DNA of 64,000 nt from an uncultured Spirochaetota bacterium (lineage in GTDB: Bacteria; Spirochaetota; Spirochaetia; SZUA-6; CAVTHK01): positions 64,001 to 128,000 of the forward strand of contig CAVTHK010000010.1 in the NCBI GenBank assembly GCA_963734495.1, given 5' to 3'. Shown one piece after another: positions 20,393 to 30,396 of this stretch (position 1 is its first letter; each line of letters begins with the position of its first letter). A program made the position numbers and the translations under genes. Under the pieces are notes generated by a model. It was not told the origin of the DNA and did no database searches. It was given only the letters and a program-made list of their open reading frames with translations.

Positions 20393-21872
20393 TTGAACCA
20401 CATATCCATCTCCCTGGAGCGAGTCTCGGGTCCGATCGATCGCAACATCTTCGGATTGTTCAAGGAGTTGCGCCCCATGAATCGCGGCATCTACCAGCCC
20501 GATTCCCCTTTCGCCGATGACGACGGATTCCGCACCGACGTGCTGGAGGCCACGCGTCGCCTGAAAATCTCGAACATCCGCTGCATCGGGGGCAACACCA
20601 TCTCCGGGTACCGCTGGATGGACGGCGTGGGCCCGAAGAGCGACCGCCCGGTGCGCCACGACATCGCTTGGGACCTCATCGAGCACAACCAGGTCGGCAC
20701 CAACGAGATGATCCGCTTCTGCCGCAAGGTGAACGCCGAGCCCTACTTCGTCGTGAACTGCGGCGACGGGGACATGCGGGAGGCGGGCGACTGGGTGGAG
20801 TACTGCAACGGCACGGGCGACAGCTCGCTCGCGAGGCTCCGGCGCGCGCACGGGTTCGACGAGCCGCACCGCGTCACGTACTGGGGGATCGGCAACGAGG
20901 TCGACGGCCCCTGGCAGATCGGCTACAAGACGCCGCAGGAGTACGCGCGCGCCTGCACCGAGTTCGCGAAGGTGATGAAGATGACGGATCCCGCCATCAA
21001 GCTGGTGGCCGCGTTCGTGTCCTCCTGGCGCACCGAGATCGTCGAGAGGGGGCGGCTGCTGCTTGAGCAGGCAGGCGGCCTCATCGACTACATGGCGATT
21101 CACTGGTACGTCGGGAACCCTGGCGGAATCGCGGACCCGCCGGGGCGCGCCGGGGCAGCGCGAGGTCGACTTTGCCACCTTCATGACCCTCTCCGAGCTC
21201 TTCGAAGAGCGCTTGGCCGCCTGCGAAGGGCTGATCCGCGCCGCCCGCCTGGACAACGACATCAAGCGACCGATCCCCCTCGCCCTCGACGAGTGGGCCG
21301 TCAGGCATCAGCCGAGCCGCAACGTGGACCTGCCCCAACGGCTCGAGGACGCTCTGGTGGTGGCCATGAACTTCAATGCCGTCATCCGGCATGCGCATTC
21401 GGTCAAGATGGCGAACTTCTCCGGCCTCAACCGGCGCCTGGTGATGCCCGGCCCGGACGGGATGGTGCTCCAGACCAGCTTCTACCCGTTCGAGGTCTAC
21501 AGCCGGACCTGCGGGCAGGAGGCGCTCGACGTGCGGTGGAGCGGCGACACCTTCGGGGCCGGCGAATACGCCGGCGTCCGCGTCCTCGACGTCTCTGCGA
21601 CGCTGGACCGGGGGCGGAAGGAGCTCGTCGTGTACGTCGTCAATCGAAGCGCGACCCTGCCGGAGGAAACGACGATCGCGTTGACCGACGGGCGGTTCCG
21701 AGGCAACGTGAGCGTGCAGGTGGTCAACGGCCCCGGCATCGAAAGCGCCAACACATTTGAAAGCCCGCGGGAGGTCGAGACGCGGGAGGCGCTCCTGAAG
21801 GCCTCGGGGAGCTCCCTCACGTGCTCGTTCGAGCCTCACTCTGTCACCGCGCTGATCTGTCCCGTCGGCTGA
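20393..21872 (+). CDS. Second, divergent GH51 glycoside hydrolase, frameshift near 21150
   Basis: TTG start after GGAGG; GGNTISGYRWMDGVGP, WVEYCNG, WGIGNEVDGPWQIG, AIHWY, ALDEW, FEPHSVT. Confidence 0.8.
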
Positions 21873-21980
21873 CGCGCTGCACCGTGCCCGGGTGCGCCGT
21901 CCGGACGCCGCTGCCAGGGTAGGTGCACAAACGGCGAAATTTCTGTATGCTGCGCGTGAAGTAAGAAACAAGGGGGGACG

Positions 21981-22481
21981 ATGAAGGGGAAGGTGCGCCA
22001 GTCCAAGAGACCTCTCGTGCGGAACAAGAGCCCCCGCACGCGGTACCACAGCGAGTATGCCACGTGGATGATGATCAGGCAGAGGTGCCGGAACCGCAGG
22101 TGCAGGGACTACAAACGGTACGGGGGGCGGGGAATCACCGTCGCCAAGCGCTGGGACAGCTTCGATACCTTCCTCGATGACCTCGGGCCCAGACCCAAGG
22201 GCTATTCGCTGGTGCGCAAGAGTCCCGATGCCGACTTCTCGCCGAGCATGTGCTCCTGGCGGCCCCGGGCCGAGCAGCAGCGCCACAGATCCGCCAACAG
22301 GCTGACCGAGAAGGATGTCGCCCGCATCCGCGAGCGATACGCGGCGGGTGTTCGCCGCGCGGATCTCGCCCGCAGGTACGAAGTGAGCCTCTCGCACATC
22401 TGCCACATCATCGGCGGCACGAGGTGGAAGCCGGCGACGCCGCCGCGCAAGACGAAACGGCAAGGCGCTCGCAGGCGGTGA
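21981..22481 (+). CDS. Phage-type HNH-like (YGGRGI family) protein with C-terminal helix-turn-helix; nuclease site looks degenerate
   Basis: EYATWMMIRQRC...YKRYGGRGITVAKRWDSFDTFLDDLGPRP; C-terminal LTEKDVARIR...ADLARRYEVSLSHICHII..RW. Confidence 0.7.
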   Translation: MKGKVRQSKRPLVRNKSPRTRYHSEYATWMMIRQRCRNRRCRDYKRYGGRGITVAKRWDSFDTFLDDLGPRPKGYSLVRKSPDADFSPSMCSWRPRAEQQRHRSANRLTEKDVARIRERYAAGVRRADLARRYEVSLSHICHIIGGTRWKPATPPRKTKRQGARRR

Positions 22482-22554
22482 TGGGCGGTGGGGGACTCGA
22501 ACCCACGACCTTCTGGGTGTAAACCAGGCGCTCTACCAGCTGAGCTAACCGCCC
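22482..22554 (-). tRNA. tRNA-Val (anticodon TAC), CCA not encoded
   Basis: Minus strand GGGCGGT TAGCTCAGCTGGTAGAGCG CCTGG TTTACAC CCAGA AGGTC GTGGG TTCGAGT CCCCC ACCGCCC A; cloverleaf with perfect acceptor stem. Confidence 0.92.
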
Positions 22555-22566
22555 GAATCGGTCCCG

Positions 22567-22595
22567 AGGCTAACACGCGGCCCGCGGGCGGTCAA
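22567..22595 (-). promoter_or_regulatory. Putative sigma70 promoter of tRNA-Val
   Basis: TTGACC-N17-TAGCCT with extended -10 TG. Confidence 0.55.
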
Positions 22596-22667
22596 CGCAG
22601 ACGAAATGCCGGCGTGAGCGGAACCGCCCGAGGACTTTTCTCCAATCTCGCGAAAACCCCGATTCCC

Positions 22668-22696
22668 TTGCGCCGGTTGTGGAGAGGTGCTATAAT
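22668..22696 (+). promoter_or_regulatory. Putative sigma70 promoter of the receiver-domain gene (probably leaderless mRNA)
   Basis: TTGCGC-N17-TATAAT with extended TG; in-frame GTG at 22703. Confidence 0.6.
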
Positions 22697-22702
22697 CAGC
22701 AT

Positions 22703-23068
22703 GTGCCGACAGCCGTGCGCTCAGCGAAGATTCTCATCGTGGAAGACGAGTACCTCATTGCCCTTGACGAGCAGAACAGGTTGCTGTCGATGGGCTTCGA
22801 GAACGTGGTCCTCACGAGCTCAGGCGAGCTCGCGCTCGACCGGGTGCGCGTCGAGTGCCCGGACCTCGTCCTGATGAACCTCAGCCTGGCCGGCAAGATG
22901 ACCGGCGCGAGCGCGGCGGAGCTCATTCGCAGGCAGTGCAAGGCCGCGATCGTCTTCGTGTCCGCGTACTCGCCCGAGCGCACGGGAGTCCATCGCGGCG
23001 ACCTCTTCCTCAGGAAGCCGTTTACGGACCAGGCGTTCCGCAAAGCGATCGAAAGCGCCCTTCAATAG
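22703..23068 (+). CDS. Single-domain response regulator receiver (phosphoacceptor Asp replaced by Asn)
   Basis: KILIVEDEYLIA...PDLVLMNLSLAG...IVFVSAY...FLRKPF. Confidence 0.8.
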   Translation: MPTAVRSAKILIVEDEYLIALDEQNRLLSMGFENVVLTSSGELALDRVRVECPDLVLMNLSLAGKMTGASAAELIRRQCKAAIVFVSAYSPERTGVHRGDLFLRKPFTDQAFRKAIESALQ

Positions 23069-23120
23069 CCGCCCGCGGAGGCCGGGCGCCACGACGCCGC
23101 CCCCGCCGCGAGCGCCCGGC

Positions 23121-23579
23121 TCAGATCGCGAAGTCCTGCCCCTGCTTCACGCCCTGCGAAAGCTTCTCTCCGCCTTCCTCGAGGATGTCTTTGAGGGTGA
23201 GCCCCGAAAGGAATTCGTTGATCACGTTGTTGAACTTGTGCCAGGTGTGCGTGAGGTGACAGGTTTCCGTGCGCGCGCACCGCTCCGGATCGTGAGGGTC
23301 GGTGCACGGAGCCGGGAAAGTCGGCTCCCCCACCGCATCGAGTATGTCCTTGACCGACACCTCCGCGGGCTTGCGGTTCAGGACGAAACCGCCGCCGGGC
23401 CCGCGCACGGAAGAAATGATCCCCGACTTCTTGAGCTTGAAAAAGATCTGCTCCAGGAACTCGGGCGAGATCCCCTCGTCCGCCGCTATGGTCTTGATGG
23501 AGATGGGCCGGTTCGCGTAGGAGGCGGCAAGATTCAAGACGGCCCGCACTCCATACCGTCCCTTTGTGGTAAGTCTCAT
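23121..23579 (-). CDS. Rrf2 family transcriptional regulator (IscR/CymR-like, three Cys)
   Basis: MRLTTKGRYGVRA, FLEQIFFKLKKSG, SVRGPGGGF, C-x8-C-x5-C followed by His. Confidence 0.88.
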   Translation of the reverse strand: MRLTTKGRYGVRAVLNLAASYANRPISIKTIAADEGISPEFLEQIFFKLKKSGIISSVRGPGGGFVLNRKPAEVSVKDILDAVGEPTFPAPCTDPHDPERCARTETCHLTHTWHKFNNVINEFLSGLTLKDILEEGGEKLSQGVKQGQDFAI

Positions 23580-24507
23580 TCGTATAACCCCGTGCTTAAA
23601 TACTTGTCACCCCTGTCGGGGAATATGACTACAACGAGCTTTCCGGCGCTTTCCCGCCGCCGGGCTACGCGGCAGGCCGCATGGGCGGCCGCCCCCGAGG
23701 AAAACCCGGCTGCGATCCCCTCGGTCGAAGCCAGGCGCCGGCACATCTGCATGGCCTCCTCGTCGCGGACCGGCACGACCTCGTCGATGACGCCGCGGTC
23801 GAGGACGCGAGGCACGAAGCCCGGACCGAGGCCCTGGATCGCGTGGCGTCCGGGCTCCCTGCCGCAGAGCACCGCGGAGCCCGCGGGCTCGACGGCGACC
23901 ACCTTGACGCCGGGCTTCTTGCGCTTGAGGTACCGCCCCACTCCGCTCACGGTGCCGCCGGTACCGACGCCCGCGACCACGATGTCGACCTTCCCTTGCG
24001 TGTCATCCCAGATCTCGACGGCCGTCGTGCGCTCGTGGGTCCGCGGGTTCGCCCCGTTGCTGAACTGCTGGAGCATGAACCCGCGCGGCTGGCGCTCGAG
24101 GATCTCTTCGGCCTTCTCTATCGCGCCGCGCATGCCCATCTCACCCGGCGTGACCACGATCTCCGCCCCGTAGGCCCTGAGCAGCCTGCGCCGCTCGTCG
24201 CTCAGCGTGTCGGGCACGGTCAGGATCAGGCGATAGCCCCGGATCGCGCACAGGCAGGCCAGGCCGACGCCGGTGTTGCCGCTCGTCGGCTCGACGATCA
24301 CGCTGCCTTTGCGCGAGAAGACCCCGCGCGCTCCGCGTCCTCGATCATCGCGACGACGATCCGGTCCTTGATGCTTCCCGGTCGGGTTGCAGAACTCGAG
24401 CTTCGCCGCGATCCTCCCGTGGCCGCCCGGAGGAGAGCCGGTCGAGATAGACCATCGGCGTGCGCTCCGACGAGCTCTGCGACGTGCGCTGCGATCCTCT
24501 GCCGCAT
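23576..24507 (-). CDS. cysK: Cysteine synthase A (frameshifts in 5' part)
   Basis: AKLEFCNP, SIKDR, EPTSGNTG, QQFSNGANP, GVGTGGT, HAIQGLG, FSSGAA, FPDRGDKYLST. Confidence 0.88.
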
Positions 24508-24579
24508 CCCCTTCTTCCATGACTTGGCGCCATCGCCAAGCCCCCTGGCCCCCTTTGGGGCTCCAGCCGCGTGGGCTAC

Positions 24580-25890
24580 TCAGCGCGTGTATCTTAGCCC
24601 CTGCGTAAGATATCCGCAAGGGACCGCTCGCTTTTTTCGAGCCTCGGGCTGCCTCAGCGCGGACCGGCCACGCGCCTCAGGAGCATCGCCCGGAAGCCGC
24701 GGCGCCGCTGATCGCGCAGCACCCGGAAGCGCGGATCCAGGCCGCCGATCCTCGCGACCGCCCCGCTCGGGCCGCGAAACGAGCAGAAGCCCGCCCGGCC
24801 GCACGAGCCGCTCGGCGTTCGCCGCAAAGCGCGCCTGCCAGCGCCAGCCCGGGTCGTCGTCGGGCGAGAACGCCACGAAATCGGCCTCGCGCTCCACGAG
24901 GAAATAGAAGGGAAGGTGAAGGGTTTCGATCCGCCCTGCCGCCGCGCCCGCGGCGAGGGCGTTCACGCGCGAGACCTCCAGCGAGAGCAGATCGCGGCCT
25001 GCGAGCACGAGGGCCGACGGCCGCGCCGCGTCCGAGCAGCGCTGCCGGCGAGATGGCCCTGCCCCGGCCGCCAGAACCCCCACACGCCCTCGGGGCGTTC
25101 GTCTCCCAGCGTCTCCAGCGCCGAGCTCCTGCTCGTAGCTCGGCGTGTCGAAGTCCGGCAGCCCGTAGACCGTCGTCATCTCGTAGCGCGGCGCCTCCGG
25201 CCTCGAAGCGCCCCGCGTGCCGCAGGAACGGCGCCAGCCACGCCGCGGACGCCCGCGTCGTCTGCCCCTCCCGCGTAGTGGTAGACGACGTGCTCGCGCG
25301 TCTCCTCGGTGAAGCAGCACTTCCCGCCCCTGCGCCCCGATGGCGGAGCGGATCAGCTCCTTGAGCGGCGTCACGACGACGACGGCGACGCGGCCGCCCG
25401 GCCGCACCAGCGCGGCGAGCCGGCGCACCAGCGCCTCGAGAACCGGGTGACCCGCCTTGGCCGGCAGGTTGGAGACCGCCAGGTCGTAGGGGCCGCCGAC
25501 GCGCGCGTCGAGCACGAGGCTGCCAAAGGGGCGCACGCCGGCGGCTGCGTTGAGACGGGCGTTGGCGGCGGTGAGCGCGACGGCGAGGGCGTCGCGGTCG
25601 ACGGCGTCCACAGTCAGTGCCGGGATACGCGGCAGCCAGCGCCGAGCGCGAGCACGCCCGTGCCGCAACCCGCGTCGAGCGCGGACCGCGGCGGCCGCGA
25701 GGTCCGCCTCGCTGCGCGAGGGTCTTGAGGAGCAGCCGAGAGCCCGTGTCGACGTCGAAGCTGCTGAAGAGGGACTGCGAGAGATCGAGCGAGAGGCGGG
25801 CGCTGGAGAACCGGAACGAGACCCGCTTGTTGACGATGCCTTCCGGGAGGCCGCCGCCGTCGCCAGCGCGGCCTTCCGGCTGCGGCGCCG
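24580..25890 (-). CDS. Class I SAM-dependent methyltransferase (MTS/RsmC-like), heavily frameshifted; boundaries approximate
   Basis: Fragments LSQSLFSSFDVDTG, VDAVDRDALAV, YDLAVSNLPAKAG, GLPDFDTPSY. Confidence 0.6.
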   Translation of the reverse strand, partial: RRRSRKAALATAAASRKASSTSGSRSGSPAPASRSISRSPSSAASTSTRALGCSSRPSRSEADLAAAAVRARRGLRHGRARARRWLPRIPALTVDAVDRDALAVALTAANARLNAAAGVRPFGSLVLDARVGGPYDLAVSNLPAKAGHPVLEALVRRLAALVRPGGRVAVVVVTPLKELIRSAIGAQGREVLLHRGDARARRLPLRGRGRRRGRPRRGWRRSCGTRGASRPEAPRYEMTTVYGLPDFDTPSYEQELGAGDAGRRTPRGRVGVLAAGAGPSRRQRCSDAARPSALVLAGRDLLSLEVSRVNALAAGAAAGRIETLHLPFYFLVEREADFVAFSPDDDPGWRWQARFAANAERLVRPGGLLLVSRPERGGREDRRPGSALPGAARSAAPRLPGDAPEARGRSALRQPEARKKRAVPCGYLTQGLRYTR

Positions 25891-25895
25891 TCAGT

Positions 25896-26454
25896 TCACG
25901 CGCTCCACGTATTCGCCGGTCTCGGTGTTGATGAGGATCTTGTCGCCCTCCTTGATGAAGAGCGGGACCCTGACGCTGTACCCGGTTTCGATCGTGACGG
26001 GCTTGGTGGCGCCCGTGGCAGTGTCGCCCTTGAGCCCGACATTCGCCTCGCGTGACCGTGAGGACGACCTTGAACGGGCACCTTGATGTCGATCGCCTTG
26101 CCTTCGTAGACGATCAGGTCGTAGGTCGAGCCTTCCTTGAGCCAGTTCTGGCGGTCCTCGAGGCCTTCCTTCTCGACCGCCATCTGCTCGAAGCTCTCGT
26201 TGTCCATGAAGTGGAAGCTCTCGTCGTCGGCGTACATGTACTGCGCCGGCCGCATGTCGACCTGGATGTCCTCGACGTTGTCAGGGGTCTTGAAGGTCTG
26301 CTGGATGCTGCGTGCCGGTCTTCAGCCCCTTCATCCGCAGACGGACAAAGGCCTGACCCTTGCCGGGGTTGACGAATTCGCGCTCGACCACGAGACAGGG
26401 CTCTTCCTTGATCAGAAGGAACATGCCCTTGCCTATCTGACCCGCCTTGATCAC
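25896..26454 (-). CDS. efp: Elongation factor P (frameshifted)
   Basis: [48 protein letters not shown]. Confidence 0.9.
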
Positions 26455-27430
26455 GTGTCTTCCTCCAGGGAGAACTCGGAGAACGAGTACGACATCACAC
26501 CTTCTACTTGATTTAGGCCGGAGAGTAGCATGAAGAGCCGATCCATGCCAAGGGCGACGCCGGAGCATCGCGGGAAAGCGGCCGTCGAAGACCTCGAGCA
26601 GCCCGGTGTCGGGCGGGTGCGCGACGCGGCGCCCGGTCCTTGCGCGCGCTCTCGTCTGCGAAGAGCTCCTCGAGCCGCGCGCGGTCGGTCTCCTCGGTAA
26701 AGCAGTTGGCCATCTCGACGCCGCCGACGTACAGCTCCCATCGCTCGGCCCAGAGCCCGCGCGCGCGGGCGAGCGTCGGCACGCCGCTCGGCCAGTCGGT
26801 GAGCAGCAGCGGCCGGCCGCGGGGAGGCCGCGGCTCGACCCCGACACGAGCAGCCTGTTGAAGAGCTGCTCCCACGTCTCGTCGTCGGCGGCGTCTCGCC
26901 GCACTCCCGCGCCGCGGCGAGGAGCGCCCCCCGCTCCTGCAGCCGCTCGAGGTCGAGGCCCGCCAGGCTGCGGAACGCGTCGTTCATCGAGAGCCGCAGG
27001 CAGGGCGGCGTCGCCGTCCGCGGCCCGCCCCCAGGGCGGCGAGCAGGTACGCGAGCAGCTCGTCGGTCAGGTCCGCGGAGTCCATGTAGTCGGCGTCCAC
27101 CGTGTACCACTCGAGCATCGTGAACTCGGGGTTGTGGTAGCGGCCGAGAGCCTCGAAGTTGCGAAAGGACTTGCAGATCTGGAAGAGGCTGCCGGAGCCG
27201 CGCGCCAGGAGCCTCTTCATCCAGAGCTCGGGCGACGGGACGAGAAAGAGCTCACGGGCGGCGAGGCAGCGCGGGTCGATCCACTCGGTGCGGAAGACCT
27301 CGAGCGCCGGCTCGGGGATCAGGGCGGGCGCAAGCAGCGGCGTCTCGACCTCGAGATAGCCCCTCTCGAGAAAGAAGCGGCGCGACCTCCTGGTAAAGCG
27401 CGCCCGGCTGCGCAGGAGCTCGACATCCAT
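26451..27430 (-). CDS. epmA: EF-P lysine aminoacylase (GenX/EpmA), frameshifted
   Basis: GYLEVETPLL, SPELWMKRLLA, FQICKSFRN, HNPEFTMLEWY, RWELYVGGVEMANCF, SGVALGMDRL; adjacent to efp. Confidence 0.85.
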
Positions 27431-27455
27431 GGGTTCGCGCCTGCCGGCCCCGGGC

Positions 27456-28813
27456 CTACAGGCGCTCCATCGTGAGGGCGCTTCCCGGCGGACGCCCGGC
27501 GCGGGTCCTCGCGGGAGACCCGCTCCACGCGCTCGCGCAGGTCGCGCAGCCCGTTGAGCGCGATGCCCGCGCAGGCCGGCGACGCGCACGTTCGGCTCGG
27601 GTTGTCGAGAAAGCGCTCGAAGAGGCCCCGCGACGCCCCGATGACCGGCGGCCAGGCGGGACGCGGTCTGCTCGACGATGCGGTTCGTCGTGCTCGTGAC
27701 GGCCCCATTCGGCGGCGACGACCTTCTCGATGGCGTCGACGCTCCCCTCGAGGTCGTGCCCCAGCAGCGCGTCGAGGCGCGGCCATGCGGATCTCGAGGC
27801 TCGCCGCCGGCGGACGCGTACAGCTCCGCCACGTGTCCGGCGCGTCCCGCGTCGCCTATCCGGCCGAGCGCCTCGATCGCGTCCAGCCTGACCCGCGGCA
27901 CCGGATCGCGCCGGGCCTTGTACGCGAGGATCGCGACGGCTCCGCGCTCCTTGCGCTCGGCGAGTGCCTTGCAGCCGGTGCTTCGCACGCGCCAGTTGGA
28001 GTCCTTGAGGGCCTGCTCGAGCAACTTCGCTCACGCCGGGCTCGTCGAAGCGACCGAGGGCCGACGCGGCATGAGCGCGCAGCAGCGCGTCGTCCTCGGC
28101 GAACAGCGCCCGCAGCAGCGGGCACCGCCCGCGGGTCGCCGAGCCGCCCCAGGCTGTCGGCCGCGTACATGCGCCACGTCTTGTCCTGGGAGCGGTCTCG
28201 ACGATGGTGGCCAGCTCGTCAAAGGCGGGCGCGTAGCGCAGCGCCCCGAGCGACGAGGATCATGTCCGGCTTGAGCTCGGCGGGCGTGCGGTCGTCCCGG
28301 AGCTTGCGCGAGCAGGAGCTCGCCCGCGCCCGGGTCCGTCTTGAGGGCGCGCACCGCAGTCCCGGCGACCGCCAGGTCGTCGCTGTCGGTGAGCCGCCGA
28401 GCCGCGGCGGGCGAGCCCGCTCGAGCCGATCGCCGCGAGGTAGCGCAGCGATCGCGACGGTCAGGTCGTCGCCCGCCGCCGGGTCGGCGCGAGAGGCGCC
28501 AGCGCCGGCCTGCTCGCCCGCCCGCTCCTCGAGCACGCCGAGGTAGTCGAGCACCTTGACGCGCACCTGGTCGGAGCGCGAGCGCGCGACGAGCCGCACC
28601 ATCTCGGGCACGAGCGCGGTCTCGTGCGCCGCTCTGCATGGCGTCGAGGACCGCGATGATCTCGTCGTCGATGCCGTAGGAGAGGCGTGTCGCGCCACTC
28701 GCTCGACGCAGGCTCCGCGCCCCTTCCCTGCGCGGGCGCCCGCTGCCTGCCCGAAGACGGCGAGCGCGGCCGCGAGCAGCGAGGCGCGCAGGGCGGCGCG
28801 GGCGCGCGCTCAT
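27456..28813 (-). CDS. HEAT repeat-containing protein, frameshifted
   Basis: LEQALKDSNWRVR, DPVPRVRLDAIEALGRIG, YAADSLGRLGDPRAVP. Confidence 0.6.
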
Positions 28814-30396
28814 CCGCGCCTCCGCCCCGAGCAGGTCGCGCGCGGCCTGCACGCGGAGGCCGCGGTAGACGAGCAGCGTGACGCCGGCGAACAGCGCGAA
28901 CCCGGCCAGCACGAGGCCGAGCCGCGCGCCGCACGGCCGCCGCGGCCGCGCGCGCAGGCGGTCAGCGCGCGGAAGCCCAGCAGCGCGAGCGTCGGCAGGC
29001 AGCATCCCTGCCGCGACCCGCGCAGCCTCCAGCGCCAGCCGCCTGCCGTCGATGCGGCGGCCGAGCCGCGCGCGCGCGGAGGCCACGAGCAGGACGAGCC
29101 CGACGGTGAACGCCGAGGAGTTGGCAACCGCGAGCCCCACCACGCCCAGCGCCGTCCCCTTGAGCCAGATCGAGAGGCCCGACGTCGACGGCCACGACCA
29201 CGACCGCGGCGGTCCAGAGCGGGGTGCCGGAAGTCGTGCAGCGCGTAGAACAGGCGCTGCAGGAACGTGAACAGCCCGACGCTCGCGAGCCCTACGGAGT
29301 AGCCGGTGAGCACGCGCGCGGTGAGGTCCGGTGGCGGCGGACGTGAAGGCTCCCCGCTGGTAGGCGACCTCGATCATCGACCGGCCCTCGAGGAGGAAGA
29401 AGACCGCGGCCGGCACGAGCAGGGCGCCGAGCAGGCGCATCCCGTAGCTCGTCGACTCGCGCAGCGCGTCGGTGTCGCCGTCGGCGGCCTGGCGGCTCAT
29501 GCGCGGGAACAGCACCGTGGTCACCGAGGCGGACAGCACGCCGAAGGGAAGCTGCCAGAACACGACGGCGTAGCTCATGGCGGACGCGCTGCCTTCGGCC
29601 AGGCCGCTGGCAAAGCGCAGGGCCACGAGCTGGTTGACCGCGTAGATGGACGAGGTGGCGACAAAGGGCACCCAGAGCTCGCAGCACGCGGCGCAGCTCG
29701 GGCGACAGCCAGCGCCGCGCGGGCAGCAGGCGGTAGCCGAGGCGGGCCGCGAACGGGACCTGGGCGACGAGCTGCACGATCGCCGCCCGAGAGCACGCCG
29801 ACCGCGAGGCTGTAGATGCCGAGCGACCGGTGCAGCATCAGCAGCGCGGCGATCACGCAGAAGGAGAAGAACAGCGGGCGTGAGGGCGGGCAGCACGAAA
29901 CGGTTGTGCGTGTTGAGCGCCCCCATCAGGATCGCGCTGAGGCTCACCAGGATCAGGTACCAGGCGATCCAGCGGAAGAGCCCGGCCGCCAGCTCGAGCT
30001 GCTCCGCGGACTCGAACTCCGTGAAGAGCCCGACGGCCTGCCGCGGGAACAACGGACGGCCAGGACCAGCAGCGGGACGAGCGTCACGAGCAGGAAAGTC
30101 ACGACCTCGCGGAAGAGGCGCCCCGCGGCGTGGCCGCCCGCCCTGGCGGTCCTCCCTGACCACGAGCTCGGACAGCACCGGGATGAACGCGGAGGACAGC
30201 GCGCCCTCGGCCATGAGCTTGCGGAGCGTGTTGGGGATGTTGAACACGGCGTTCAGCACGTCGGCTTCGCCGGTGGCGCCGAAGAGGGCGGCGATGATCG
30301 CGTTCTTGACGAACCCGAGCAGCCGTGTCGTCATGCGTGCACGCCATGACGACGGCGCTCGTGAGCCGCGCTGCGGCGGAGGGTGGTGTCTGCTAT
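28810..30396 (-). CDS. murJ: Lipid II flippase MurJ/MviN, frameshifted; start approximate
   Basis: RLLGFVKNAIIAALFG, FNIPNTLRKLMAEGALSSAFIP, FWQLPFGV, AYQRGAF, LQRLFYA. Confidence 0.85.

Noticed and set aside
5021-22554. Intact prophage or integrative element at tRNA-Val
   Set aside because: No integrase, transposase or structural genes, and no duplicated tRNA end was noticed by eye; only the lone HNH-like gene
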